A program made the position numbers and the translations under genes. 64,000 nucleotides of DNA from Mycobacteriales bacterium (GTDB taxonomy: Bacteria; Actinomycetota; Actinomycetes; Mycobacteriales; CADCTP01). The stretch is from assembly GCA_035995165.1 (NCBI GenBank), contig DASYKU010000027.1, positions 37,733-101,732 of the forward strand. The letters are read 5' to 3'. Shown here in pieces: positions 44,736 to 54,051 of the stretch. Numbering within the stretch: position 1 is the stretch's first letter; each line of letters opens with the position of its first letter. The notes beneath the pieces were generated by a model. That model saw only the letters and a list, made by a program, of their open reading frames with translations. It had not been told where the DNA came from and ran no database searches.

Positions 44736-46315
44736 CAGCTCCCTCCGGACACGTCCGCGGCGCCGGCGGCCTCGGCCTTCGGCAGCGGCTCGACGAGCAC
44801 GGTCGCGGCCATCGCCCGCAGGTCGACCCGGCGGATCTTGCCGGTCGCCGTGGTCGGGTACGCGTCGACGAACACGACCCTGCGCGGCCGCTTGAACGAC
44901 GGCAGTCCCTCCCGGCAGAACGCGACCAGCTCGGCCTCGGTCGCCGCCGACCCCGGCCGCAGGACCACGTACGCCACCGGCTTCTCCAGCCCGTCGACGT
45001 CCGGGGCGGCGACCACGATCGCCTGCCCCACGGCCGCGTGCGCCAGCAGCCGGGTCTCGACCTCGGCCGGCGAGACCCAGATCCCGCTGGCCTTGAGCAT
45101 GTCCCCGGTCCGGCCGAGGCAGCTGTAGAAGCCCGCCGCGTCCTGGACGTACGTGTCCCCGGTGCGCAGCCACTCGCCCTGGAAGACCTGGCGGGAGGCG
45201 CCGTACCGGGACCAGTAGCCGGTGGCGGTGGAGTCGCCGCGGACGAACAGCGTCCCCGGCACCCCGGTCTCGACCGGCCGGCCGTCCTGGTCGAGGATCC
45301 GCAGCTCGTACCCCGGCACGGCCTCGCCGGTCGTGCCCGGCCGGATCCGCCCGGGCCGGTTGGACAGGAAGATGTGCAGCATCTCGGTCATGCCGATGCC
45401 GTCGAGGATGTCGACCCCGAAGTACGCGCTCCAGCGCTCCTGCAGCGCGGCCGGCAGCGCCTCGCCCGCGCTCACCGCGGTCCGGACGCCGGTCAGCCCA
45501 TCCGCCGGCAGCTCGGCCCGCAGCATGTTGGCGAAGAACGTCGGCCCGGCGAAGAACAGCGTCGCGCCGTACTTCTGGGTCCGGTCGGTGATGACGTCGG
45601 GCCGGGACGGCGCCGGCTCCAGCACCGCGGCGGCGCCGACCGAGAGCGGGAACAGCACGGTGTTGCCGAGGCCGTAGGCGAAGAAGGCCTTGGCCGCGGA
45701 CAGGCAGCGGTCCTCGCGGGTGATCCCGAGGACCTGCGACCCGTACGTCTCGCAGACGACCTGGATCGAGCCGTGCCGGTGCATGGCCGCCTTCGGCATG
45801 CCGGTGGTGCCGGACGTGTAGAGCCAGAACGCCGGCGAGTCCGGGCCCGTCGGGTAGATCGAGTCGTCGTCGCCGGAGAGCGAATCCAGCCGGTGCACGG
45901 GCAGCTCGGACGGGACCGGCGCGGCGGCGAGGATGCCGACCAGCTCGGGCGCCTGCGCGGCCGCGGCCCCGGCCAGCTCGGCGAACTCGGCCGAGGTCGC
46001 CAGCAACCGCGCCCGCGAGTCCCGCAGCAGCTCGACCAGACCGTCCACATGCGACATGGTCGAGACCGGCACCGGCACCGCGCCCATCCGCATCGCGGCC
46101 AGGTAGACCACGAAGAACTCCGGCGAGTCGGCCATGAACATCAGCACCCGCTGCTCCGGCTGCAGGCCGATCGCCCGCAGCCCGGCCGCGGTCCGGCGGA
46201 CGCGCTCGTGCAGCTCCCCGTACGTCACGTCGCCGGCGACGCCGGTCAGCGCGAGCCGGGCACCGTCACCGGCGGCGATCCGCCGGTCGAGGAGATACTC
46301 GCTGGCGTTGAACAT
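44735..46315 (-). CDS. benzoate-CoA ligase family protein, 526 aa
   Basis: The AMP-binding motif is WLYTSGTTGMPKAAMH, followed by GEWLRTGD and the C-terminal TATGKIRR. Overall the sequence resembles BclA/BadA-type ligases, and the gene is adjacent to boxBC. Confidence 0.85.
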   Translation of the reverse strand: MFNASEYLLDRRIAAGDGARLALTGVAGDVTYGELHERVRRTAAGLRAIGLQPEQRVLMFMADSPEFFVVYLAAMRMGAVPVPVSTMSHVDGLVELLRDSRARLLATSAEFAELAGAAAAQAPELVGILAAAPVPSELPVHRLDSLSGDDDSIYPTGPDSPAFWLYTSGTTGMPKAAMHRHGSIQVVCETYGSQVLGITREDRCLSAAKAFFAYGLGNTVLFPLSVGAAAVLEPAPSRPDVITDRTQKYGATLFFAGPTFFANMLRAELPADGLTGVRTAVSAGEALPAALQERWSAYFGVDILDGIGMTEMLHIFLSNRPGRIRPGTTGEAVPGYELRILDQDGRPVETGVPGTLFVRGDSTATGYWSRYGASRQVFQGEWLRTGDTYVQDAAGFYSCLGRTGDMLKASGIWVSPAEVETRLLAHAAVGQAIVVAAPDVDGLEKPVAYVVLRPGSAATEAELVAFCREGLPSFKRPRRVVFVDAYPTTATGKIRRVDLRAMAATVLVEPLPKAEAAGAADVSGGS

Positions 46316-46321
46316 GCCTCA

Positions 46322-47740
46322 TCACACCAGGTGGACGTAGTCGTAGTCGAACGGCTGGCCGTTGATCCCGTTGCGCGGCGGCGCGATCCAGGAGGCGATC
46401 CGGCCGCGCTCGTACACCGGGTGCATGAGCGAGCGGACGTGCGTCTTGTCGACCTCGGTCGGCAGGAAGCGGCCCTGCTCGCGGGCCCACTCGTCGGCCG
46501 ACAGGATCCGGCCGTCCGGGGTCGCCTCGATCCCGGCGAACGCGCCGACCTTGCGGTTGAACGCGACGTCCGGCAGCGCCAGCCGCTGCTTCAGCCCGGC
46601 CTGCTCCAGGATCCGGTTCCACCGCTTGACCCCGCCCTGGCAGTCCGCGATGTACTCGCGCCGCAGGTCGGTGTTGAGGCCGACCAGCGCGGACACCTCG
46701 GTCTGCCCGATAGCACCCTCGACCAGGGCGTCGACGGTCATCGCGTCGTCGCCCAGCTTGTGGTCGTCCTTGCGGCGGTCCTCCATCCAGCGGCCCTTGA
46801 GCCCGGCGGTGTAGTAGTTCGCCACGTTGGTCGAGGTGTCGCCGCCGAAGAGGTCGAGCGAGACCGAGTAGTGGAAGTTCAGGTACTTCTGGATCACGTC
46901 CAGCGGGATCACCCCGGCCCCGCCGACGTCCTCGGTGTCCTGCTCGACCATCACCTGGGCCGTGCGCTCCACGATCCGGTCCACCCCGGTGGTGCCGACC
47001 ATCATGTGGTGGGCCTCCTCCTTGAGCATGAACTCACAGGTCCGCGACAGCGGGTCGAAGGCCGACTCCTTCAGCGTCCCGAGCTGATATTTGCCGTCCC
47101 GGTCGGTGAAGTAGGTGAACATGAAGAACGACAGCCAGTCCGGCGTCTCCTCGTTGAAGGCGCCGAGGATGCGGGGCGCGTCCTCGCTGCCGGAGTTGCG
47201 GTGCAGCAGCTCCTCGGCCTCCTCGCGGCCCTCCCGGCCGAAGTACGCGTGCAGCAGGTAGACCATCGCCCACAGGTGCCGGCCCTCCTCCACATTGACC
47301 TGGAAGAGGTTGCGCAGGTCGTACAGGGAGGGGGCGGTGGCGCCGAGGTTGCGCTGCTGCTCGACCGACGCCGGCTCGGTGTCGCCCTGGATGACGATCA
47401 GCCGCTGCAGCTCGGAGCGGTACTCCCCCGGCACCTTCTGCCAGGCCGGGTCGCCCTTGTGCTGGCCGAAGCCGACCTGCCGGTCCCGGTCCCGCTCGGC
47501 CAGGAAGATGCCCCAGCGGTAGTCCCGCATCGGCACGTGCCCGAAGTGGGCCCAGCCGTCGCGCCCGACGTGCATCGCCGTACGGAGGTAGACGTCCTCG
47601 GTGGGCAGCGTCGGGCCCATCGACTCCCACCAGTTCAGGAAGTTCGGCTGCCAGGACTCCAGCGCCCGCTGCAGCCGCCGGTCGTCGCGCAGGTCGACGT
47701 TGTTCGGGATCTTCTCGGTGTAGTCGGCGGGACCGCTCAT
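46322..47740 (-). CDS. boxB: benzoyl-CoA 2,3-epoxidase (oxygenase) subunit BoxB, 472 aa
   Basis: The di-iron protein sequence reads IPNNVDLRDDRRLQRALESWQPNFLNWW, NVEEGRHLWAMVYLL, FMLKEEAHHM. Confidence 0.9.
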   Translation of the reverse strand: MSGPADYTEKIPNNVDLRDDRRLQRALESWQPNFLNWWESMGPTLPTEDVYLRTAMHVGRDGWAHFGHVPMRDYRWGIFLAERDRDRQVGFGQHKGDPAWQKVPGEYRSELQRLIVIQGDTEPASVEQQRNLGATAPSLYDLRNLFQVNVEEGRHLWAMVYLLHAYFGREGREEAEELLHRNSGSEDAPRILGAFNEETPDWLSFFMFTYFTDRDGKYQLGTLKESAFDPLSRTCEFMLKEEAHHMMVGTTGVDRIVERTAQVMVEQDTEDVGGAGVIPLDVIQKYLNFHYSVSLDLFGGDTSTNVANYYTAGLKGRWMEDRRKDDHKLGDDAMTVDALVEGAIGQTEVSALVGLNTDLRREYIADCQGGVKRWNRILEQAGLKQRLALPDVAFNRKVGAFAGIEATPDGRILSADEWAREQGRFLPTEVDKTHVRSLMHPVYERGRIASWIAPPRNGINGQPFDYDYVHLV

Positions 47741-47742
47741 GC

Positions 47743-49437
47743 TCAGACTCGCTTCCGGTCGAAGTCGGCGCGCTGGCCGGTGCCGAACTTGCGGAGGGCC
47801 CCGTCGGGGCCGGATGCGTTGGGTCGGTTGAAGATCCAGTTCTGCCAGGCCGTGAGCCGGCCGAAGATCTTCGTCTCCAGCGTCTCCGGGCCGGCGAAGC
47901 GGTAGTTCGCCTCCAGGCCGGTGAGCGCGTCCGGGCTGAAGCCCGTCCGCTCCTCCAGCGCTATCCGCACCTCCTCGTCCCAGTCGATGTCGTCCGGGGC
48001 GAAGGTGACCAGCCCGAGCCCGGCCGCGTCGTCGGCGGCCAGTGGCTCACCGACCCGCTTCGACACCGCCTCCAGCGCGGCCTCGTCGCCGAGGAACCGG
48101 GTCTGCAGCCGGGTCAGGCCGTTGCCCATCGGCAGCGGGCCGAGGTTCATCGGCCCGACCGTGATCGCGGCCGGCGCGGCGTCCGGGTCGACGTCCTCGA
48201 ACACGCCGAACAGCTGGAACGAGCGGTCCGCGGCCAGCGCCAGCTCCAGCAGCGACCCGGCGAAGCAGCTGCCCGGCTCGGCCAGCGCGATCAGGCTGCG
48301 GCTGGTCACGTCCAGCCGCTTCAGCGTCCGCTTCAGGTACTGGGTGATCTCGTTGGCCGGCCACGGCCCGGAGTTGTCCGCCAGCAGCTGGTCGTACGCC
48401 AGCACGCGGCTCGCGTCGCCGCTGGTGCGAAGCACCCAGGTGCCGAGCTCGAGCTCGTTCGTCCGCAGGTCCAGGATCAGGTCGTCCAGCTCGCGGGTCA
48501 TCGCCAGCGTCCAGAAGGCGGCGCCCTGCTCGGCCGGGCTCGCCGGCGGGTCCTCGACCGGCCCGGCGACGGTGATCTCGACCAGCGAGCGGTCCCGGTC
48601 GAGGGTGGCGCGGACGTGGTCGTACTCGATCGTGGTGTCCGTGCGGGACTTCGCCAGCGGGGTCAGCTCGATCCCCGTCCCCTGTGGACGGTCGGAGCGC
48701 TCGGCCAGCTCGGCCGCCCGGGCCGCGACGGTCTCGTCCCACTTCGCCCGCGGCACGGCCTCGTCCACCAGCCGCCACTGCACCGCCTTCTTGCCGCCGA
48801 GCCCCTCGGACCGGGTGGAGAACCAGTCGGCCAGGTCGCGGCGGACGTGCCGCTTGTCGACCACCCGGGTCAGCCCGCCGGTGCCGGGCAGCACGCCGAG
48901 CAGCGGCAGCTCCGGCAGCGACACCGCCGAGGACCGGTCGTCGATCAGCATGATGTGGTCGCAGGCCAGCGCCAGCTCGTAGCCGCCGCCGGAGGCGGTC
49001 CCGTTCAGCGCGGCCAAGTACGTCTGTCCGGAGTGGACGGTGGCGTCCTCCATGCCGTTGCGGGTCTCGTTGGTGAACTTGCAGAAGTTCACCTTCCACG
49101 GGTGCGAGGAGGCGGCCAGCATCCGGATGTTGGCGCCGGCGCAGAAGATCTTGTCCTTGGCGCTGGTGACCACGACGGTCCGGACCCCGGGGTGCTCGAA
49201 GCGCAGCCGCTGGACCGCGTCGTAGAGCTCGATGTCGACGCCCAGGTCGTACGAGTTGAGCTTGAGCTCGTAGCCCGGGACCAGGCCGCCGGCCTCGTCC
49301 ACGTCCATCGTCAGCGTCGCCACCGGGCCGTCGAAGGACAGCCGCCAGTGCCTGTAGGCCGCCGGCTCCGTCCGGAACTCGACGAGCCCGGCGCCCGGCG
49401 CAGCGTCGGTGCTGGGATCGGTCGCCACGGTCGTCAT
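47743..49437 (-). CDS. boxC: 2,3-epoxybenzoyl-CoA dihydrolase BoxC, 564 aa
   Basis: ATG at 49435-49437 follows GGAGGA. The crotonase-fold region is YRHWRLSFDGPVATLTMDV, KIFCAGANI, GGGYELALACD, and the C-terminus reads FGTGQRADFD. Confidence 0.9.
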   Translation of the reverse strand: MTTVATDPSTDAAPGAGLVEFRTEPAAYRHWRLSFDGPVATLTMDVDEAGGLVPGYELKLNSYDLGVDIELYDAVQRLRFEHPGVRTVVVTSAKDKIFCAGANIRMLAASSHPWKVNFCKFTNETRNGMEDATVHSGQTYLAALNGTASGGGYELALACDHIMLIDDRSSAVSLPELPLLGVLPGTGGLTRVVDKRHVRRDLADWFSTRSEGLGGKKAVQWRLVDEAVPRAKWDETVAARAAELAERSDRPQGTGIELTPLAKSRTDTTIEYDHVRATLDRDRSLVEITVAGPVEDPPASPAEQGAAFWTLAMTRELDDLILDLRTNELELGTWVLRTSGDASRVLAYDQLLADNSGPWPANEITQYLKRTLKRLDVTSRSLIALAEPGSCFAGSLLELALAADRSFQLFGVFEDVDPDAAPAAITVGPMNLGPLPMGNGLTRLQTRFLGDEAALEAVSKRVGEPLAADDAAGLGLVTFAPDDIDWDEEVRIALEERTGFSPDALTGLEANYRFAGPETLETKIFGRLTAWQNWIFNRPNASGPDGALRKFGTGQRADFDRKRV

Positions 49438-49524
49438 GAGGTGGTCCTCCTGCCCGGGGTCCTGACCCCACCATGTTCTACAGGTGAACGCCAGATCGTC
49501 AAGGGCTCGTAGTACGTTGGGAGC

Positions 49525-50358
49525 ATGTCGACCGCCCCGATCCTGTCGCGACGGGACGCGGCCGGGGCCGAGAGCGCCCGCGGCCTGCTGCTGACGCTGC
49601 TGGGCGAGTTCGTCCTGCCGTCCGGCGGCTCGGCCTGGACCTCGGCGGTCATCGACGCGCTGGGCCGGCTCGGGGTCGAGCAGAAGGCCACCCGGCAGGC
49701 GCTCATGCGCACCGCCGGCGCCGGCTGGCTCACCTCCGAGCGCGTCGGCCGGCGCACCAGCTGGCGGCTCACCCCGGCCGCCGAGCGGCTGCTCACCGAG
49801 GGCACCGAGCGCATCTACGGCTTCACCCCCGGGCTGGCCGACTGGGACGGCCGCTGGCTGCTGGTGCTGGCCCGGGCCCCGGAGACCGACCGCCCGCTGC
49901 GGCACCTGCTCAAGACCCGGCTGACCTGGGCCGGGCTCGGCAGCCCGGCGCCGGGCGTCTGGGTCAGCACCCGGGTCGACCGGGTCGGCGAGGTGGAGAA
50001 GGTGCTCGGCGAGGCCGGCGTGCTGGAGGGTGCGCACGTGTTCGTCGCCGAGCACACCGGCCACGGCGACCTCGCCGCGATGGTCGCCCAGGCCTGGGAC
50101 CTGAGCGCGGTCGAGGACGGCTACCGGCAGTTCCTGGACGACTTCGCCGCGGCCGGTGCGGCCGACCCGCTCGTCCGGCTGGTCGAGCTGGTGCACGCCT
50201 GGCGCCGGTTCCCCTCCCTGGACCCGTCGCTGCCGGACGCGCTGCTGCCCGCGCAGTGGAGCGGCACGGTCGCGGCGACGCTGTTCCGGCGCCGGCACGC
50301 CTCCTGGTCCGTCCGGGCCCGGACCGAATGGACCCGGCTCAACGAGGCGGGCGCCTGA
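49525..50358 (+). CDS. paaX: PaaX-family transcriptional regulator, 277 aa
   Basis: ARGLLLTLLGEFVLPSGGSAWTSAVIDALGRLGVEQKATRQALMR...W...GVWVS matches the PaaX pattern. The gene is divergent from boxC across an 87-bp gap. Confidence 0.85.
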   Translation: MSTAPILSRRDAAGAESARGLLLTLLGEFVLPSGGSAWTSAVIDALGRLGVEQKATRQALMRTAGAGWLTSERVGRRTSWRLTPAAERLLTEGTERIYGFTPGLADWDGRWLLVLARAPETDRPLRHLLKTRLTWAGLGSPAPGVWVSTRVDRVGEVEKVLGEAGVLEGAHVFVAEHTGHGDLAAMVAQAWDLSAVEDGYRQFLDDFAAAGAADPLVRLVELVHAWRRFPSLDPSLPDALLPAQWSGTVAATLFRRRHASWSVRARTEWTRLNEAGA

Positions 50359-50386
50359 CCCGGCGCGGACCCGGGAGAATCCCGGC

Positions 50387-50875
50387 ATGACCGATCTTGC
50401 GGCTCATGCGCGGTCCCTGCTGGCGGCGACGCTCTACCTGACGCTGGGTACGGCCGACGCGGACGGGCGGCCGTGGACCGCGCCGGTCTACTTCGCCCCG
50501 GCCGGGATCACCGAGTTCTACTGGGTCTCGGCCACCGACGCCGTGCACTCCCGGCAGCTCGCCGCGCGGCCGCAGGTGAGCCTGGTCGTCTTCGACTCGA
50601 CCGTGGCGCCGTACCACGGGCGGGCCGTGTACGCGCTGGGCGAGGCGACGGAGCTGTCCGGGGCCGAGCTCGACCGCGGGCTGGCGGCCTACCCGCGCGA
50701 CGACGGCCGGGGCGCGAGCGGGGTGAGCCGGGAGGACGTCAGCGGGGCGGCGCCGTACCGGCTGTACCGGGCGACGGCGGCGGAGCTGTGGGTGTTGTGC
50801 CCGCGCGATCCCGGGCACCCGTGCTCCCTCCACGGACTCTCCCAGGACCATCGCGCCGGTGTCCCGCTGCGCTGA
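50387..50875 (+). CDS. pyridoxamine 5'-phosphate oxidase-family (FMN/F420-binding split barrel) protein, 162 aa
   Basis: ATG at 50387. LLAATLYLTLGTADADGRPWTAPVYFA...QVSLVVFDS matches the PNPOx-like pattern. Confidence 0.7.
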   Translation: MTDLAAHARSLLAATLYLTLGTADADGRPWTAPVYFAPAGITEFYWVSATDAVHSRQLAARPQVSLVVFDSTVAPYHGRAVYALGEATELSGAELDRGLAAYPRDDGRGASGVSREDVSGAAPYRLYRATAAELWVLCPRDPGHPCSLHGLSQDHRAGVPLR

Positions 50876-50999
50876 TCCGGATCCCGGCGGCGACGGCGAT
50901 CGTGCGGCCGTCGACGTCGCCGCGTTCAGGTCTGCCCTCCTCGGTTGGGATCGCTCCCACGTACGCTCGGCGCGTTGATCCACCCCTTCAGGAGGACTC

Positions 51000-51728
51000 A
51001 TGACGCAGCCCACGATCGTTCTCGTGCACGGGGCCTGGGCCGACGCCTCGAGCTGGAACGCAGTGGCGTCCGACCTGCAGGGCCGGGGCTTCACCGTCCT
51101 CGCGCCGACGAACCTGCTGCACGGGGTGGAGAGCGACGCCGCGTACGTCGCCTCGTTCCTGGCCCAGCGGACGAGCGGGCCGGTCGTGCTCGTCGGCCAC
51201 TCGTACGGCGGGTTCGTCATCACCAACGCCGGCACCGGCGGCGGCGACGTGACGGCGCTCGTCTACGTCGACGCGTTCATCCCGGAGGAGGGCGAGACCG
51301 TCTTCCAGCTGCTGGGCGGGTCCGGGTCCGCGTTCGACATCCCCGACCCGACGGCGGTCTTCGACATCGCGGGCTTCCCCGGGGCGGCCGAGGGCGACGC
51401 CGAGGCCTTCCTCAAGCCCGACACGGTGCACAACTCCTTCGCCCAGGACCTGCCGGCGGCCGACCGCTGGCTGATCGCGGCCGGGCAGCGGCCGCCCGCA
51501 CTGAGTGCCAACACGACCCCGTCGAAGGTCGCGGCCTGGAAGACGCTGCCGAGCTGGGCAGTCGTCGGCACCGAGGACCGCGTCATCCCGCCGGCCCTGC
51601 AGCGCCGGATGGCCGAGCGCGCGGGCGCCACGATCACCGAGGTGGCCGGCTCGCACGTCTCGATGGTGTCCCACCCCCAGACCACCATCGACGCCATCCT
51701 CGCCGCGGTCGCCGCCACGACCGACTAG
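51000..51728 (+). CDS. alpha/beta hydrolase, 242 aa
   Basis: Contains IVLVHGAWADASSW and the nucleophile elbow LVGHSYGG. CAGGAGGA RBS lies upstream. Confidence 0.85.
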   Translation: MTQPTIVLVHGAWADASSWNAVASDLQGRGFTVLAPTNLLHGVESDAAYVASFLAQRTSGPVVLVGHSYGGFVITNAGTGGGDVTALVYVDAFIPEEGETVFQLLGGSGSAFDIPDPTAVFDIAGFPGAAEGDAEAFLKPDTVHNSFAQDLPAADRWLIAAGQRPPALSANTTPSKVAAWKTLPSWAVVGTEDRVIPPALQRRMAERAGATITEVAGSHVSMVSHPQTTIDAILAAVAATTD

Positions 51729-52579
51729 GCGTCGAGGACCGCGCGGAGGGTCCGGGCGAACTCCTCCGGCTTGCCGGCGTAGCCGGACCCGCCGCCCACG
51801 AAGCCGCCGTGGTGGCTCGGGAAGACCGTCGCCGTCTGCCCGAGCCGCTCCGCCGTCGCCACCGTCGCACGGCCGGTGAAAGCGTCCCCGGACTCCTCGG
51901 CGACCGCGATCACGACCCGCGTCGGCGCCGCCGCGAGCGCGTCGAAGTCGGGCCGGTAGCTGCTGACCGCCCACGACCGGTCCGACAGCAGCGGGTCGCC
52001 CCGGGAGCCGTCATCGTCCGACGGCATCCCGAAGGCGGCCGGATCCGGCGCGGGCTGCGCGAAGTAGTCGTCGGTGTACTCCCCCGGCCAGGAGGACATC
52101 ACGATGAACGCGGCCATCCCGGCGTGCGACCCGTTGGCCTCGTAGACGTCGCGGACGCCGGCCCGGGCCCGCGCCGCGGCCTCGGCGTCCGGCAGCACCG
52201 GGATCAGCGGCGGCTCGTGCGCGACCAGCGTGGTCACGTCGCCGGGGTGCGCCGCCACCAGCGCCAGCGCCGTCACCGCGCCGCCGCTGCTGGCGAACAT
52301 CTCGACCGGGCCGGCGTCCAGCGCCTCGATCAGCGCGTGCACGTCCTCGGCCTGGACCGCGGGGTCGTGGTCGGTCCGGCCGTCCTTGCGGGTGCTGCGC
52401 CCGAGCCCGCGGGGGTCGTACGTGACCACGGTGCGGTCCGGGAAGAGCCCGGCCAGCGTGCTGAACCCGTCGGCCGCCATCGGCTGGCCGACCATGAACA
52501 ACAGCGGCCGCCCGTCCGCCGGTCCGTGCAGGTCGTAGGCGAGATCGACCTCGTCGGTCGCGAGGATGTGCGTCGTCAT
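51725..52579 (-). CDS. alpha/beta hydrolase, 284 aa
   Basis: Contains PLLFMVGQPM, DPRGLGRS and the nucleophile-elbow-like FASSGGA. Confidence 0.8.
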   Translation of the reverse strand: MTTHILATDEVDLAYDLHGPADGRPLLFMVGQPMAADGFSTLAGLFPDRTVVTYDPRGLGRSTRKDGRTDHDPAVQAEDVHALIEALDAGPVEMFASSGGAVTALALVAAHPGDVTTLVAHEPPLIPVLPDAEAAARARAGVRDVYEANGSHAGMAAFIVMSSWPGEYTDDYFAQPAPDPAAFGMPSDDDGSRGDPLLSDRSWAVSSYRPDFDALAAAPTRVVIAVAEESGDAFTGRATVATAERLGQTATVFPSHHGGFVGGGSGYAGKPEEFARTLRAVLDA

Positions 52580-52649
52580 GGCAGCCGGACCCTCCGAGTC
52601 GGGAACTCGCCGGAGGCTACTTCACCGGCTCCCGGAAACGCTCCGCGCG

Positions 52650-52890
52650 CACGAGGGGGCCGCGACGACGAGCCCCCTGGTCGAGACGACGTTCTACGTC
52701 CCCCGCTCCGCCACGGTCTGGTCGCCCGCCCCGCCTCGGTACGCACCTCCGCCGGGGTTCGGAGTCGCGGCTGACGCTGGTCTCCGCACCCGCCGGCTTC
52801 GGCCGGACGACGCTGCCGGCCGAGCGGGTGAGCGGTCGCCCGGTGGCCTGGCTGTCCCTCGACGAGGGCGACAGCCGGAGCACCAGACCG
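52650..52890 (+). pseudogene. remnant of the N-terminus of a MalT/LuxR-type STAND regulator (frameshifted and truncated)
   Basis: One frame reads PLVETTFYVPRSA and another reads RLTLVSAPAGFGRTTLPAE...VAWLSLDEGDS. These match the conserved N-terminal blocks of large LuxR ATPases, but no ATPase body or HTH follows. Confidence 0.45.
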
Positions 52891-52914
52891 CACATCACCA
52901 CACGTGGTGATGTG
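52891..52914. repeat. perfect 11-bp inverted repeat with a 2-nt spacer (cacatcaccac ac gtggtgatgtg)
   Basis: Read directly. It lies at the truncation point of the LuxR remnant, 33 nt upstream of the ATG at 52947, and an extra half-site-like caccacatc follows. It could be an operator or a deletion scar. Confidence 0.6.
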
Positions 52915-52946
52915 CGCTCACCACATCCGTTCCTACCGTCCGCCCC

Positions 52947-53173
52947 ATGAGCGACACGGCCCGGTACGAGATCCGCGTGGCGGGACACCTCGCCCCCCGC
53001 TGGGCCGCCCGCCTCGACGGCATGACCCTCACCCGGCGCGCCGACGGCACCACCGTATCGACGGGCCGGTCGCCGACCAGGCCGCGCTGCACGGGCTGCT
53101 GCGGACCGTCCGCGACATCGGTGTCCCGCTGCTGTCGGTCACCCTCATCCCTGGAGATCACCATGCGCACTGA
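52947..53173 (+). pseudogene. small conserved actinobacterial protein (~75 aa) interrupted by a 1-nt deletion near 53055
   Basis: Frame 1 reads MSDTARYEIRVAGHLAPRWAARLDGMTLTRRADGTTV. The conserved continuation IDGPVADQAALHGLLRTVRDIGVPLLSVT is in the +1 frame and ends at TGA 53171-53173. This could instead be a sequencing error. Confidence 0.45.
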
Positions 53174-53867
53174 CCACGCCCGGACGACCGCCTTCGTGGC
53201 GGGCACCCTCTACCTCGTCACCTTCGTCAGCTCGATCCCGGCCGCGCTCTACCTCCTCACGCCGGTGCTCGACGACCCCGGCTACATCCTCGGCGCCGGC
53301 AGCGACACCCGGGTGCTCTGGGGCTGCCTGCTCGACGTGGTCAACGCCTTCGCCGGCATCGGCACGGCGGTCGCCCTGTTCCCGGTGATGAAGAAGTACG
53401 GCGAGAGCGCCGCGCTCGGCTTCGTCACCTCCCGGACGATCGAGGCCGCGGTCGTCATGATCGGCGTCGTCAGCCTGCTCGGCATCGTGACGCTCAAGCA
53501 GAACGGGGCCGGGGCGGACCCGGACACGATGGTGGCCACCGGCCGTTCGCTCGTCGCCGTCCGCGACTGGACGCTGCTGCTCGGCCCCGGCCTCATGCCG
53601 GCGTTCAGCGCACTGCTGCTGGGCTCGCTGATGTACCGCTCCCGGCTCGTGCCGCGGATCATCCCGATGATGGGCCTCGTCGGCGGTCCCCTGCTGATGG
53701 CCTCCGTCGTCGGGACGCTGTTCGGGCACGTCGGCCAGTTCTCCTCCGTCGGCAGCCTGCTCGCCCTCCCGGTCGCGGCCTGGGAGCTGTCCCTCGGCAT
53801 CTATCTGGTCGTGAAGGGCTTCAAGCCGGTCGCCGCCGCGTCCCGGGAGCCCGTCCTCGTCGCCTGA
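53163..53867 (+). CDS. DUF4386-family membrane protein, 234 aa
   Basis: ATG at 53163 gives MRTDHARTTAFVAGTLYLVTFVSSIPAALYLL... The protein has multiple TM helices matching the DUF4386 pattern. The 306-aa ORF-track version is a frame fusion with the upstream small gene. Confidence 0.75.
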   Translation: MRTDHARTTAFVAGTLYLVTFVSSIPAALYLLTPVLDDPGYILGAGSDTRVLWGCLLDVVNAFAGIGTAVALFPVMKKYGESAALGFVTSRTIEAAVVMIGVVSLLGIVTLKQNGAGADPDTMVATGRSLVAVRDWTLLLGPGLMPAFSALLLGSLMYRSRLVPRIIPMMGLVGGPLLMASVVGTLFGHVGQFSSVGSLLALPVAAWELSLGIYLVVKGFKPVAAASREPVLVA

Positions 53868-53879
53868 CCTCGGTCCCGG

Positions 53880-53908
53880 ACGGCCCACCGCACGACGCGG
53901 TGGGCCGT
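53880..53908 (+). terminator. hairpin 13 nt after the DUF4386 stop
   Basis: The 12-bp perfect stem acggcccaccgc / gcggtgggccgt has a 5-nt loop. Confidence 0.5.
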
Positions 53909-54051
53909 TCGGCGTGGGCCGCATCGGGCGGTCCGTGGGTGGTACGGAGGTGGGGGTTCCGTGCTGGGCACGGATGCCCGGGACCGGTGCCGCGCAGCAG
54001 GCTCGGCCGGGCCGGTTCGACGGGGACCGGCAGCGACGAGCGGAGACACGA

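Noticed and set aside
45038-47905. A 955-aa plus-strand ORF spanning the ligase and boxB region.
   Set aside because: It is antisense to two strongly supported genes and its translation is low-complexity.
52947-53867. A 306-aa ORF taken as one protein.
   Set aside because: Its N-terminal 72 codons belong to a separate small gene whose conserved C-terminus is in another frame. The DUF4386 protein starts at the internal ATG at 53163.
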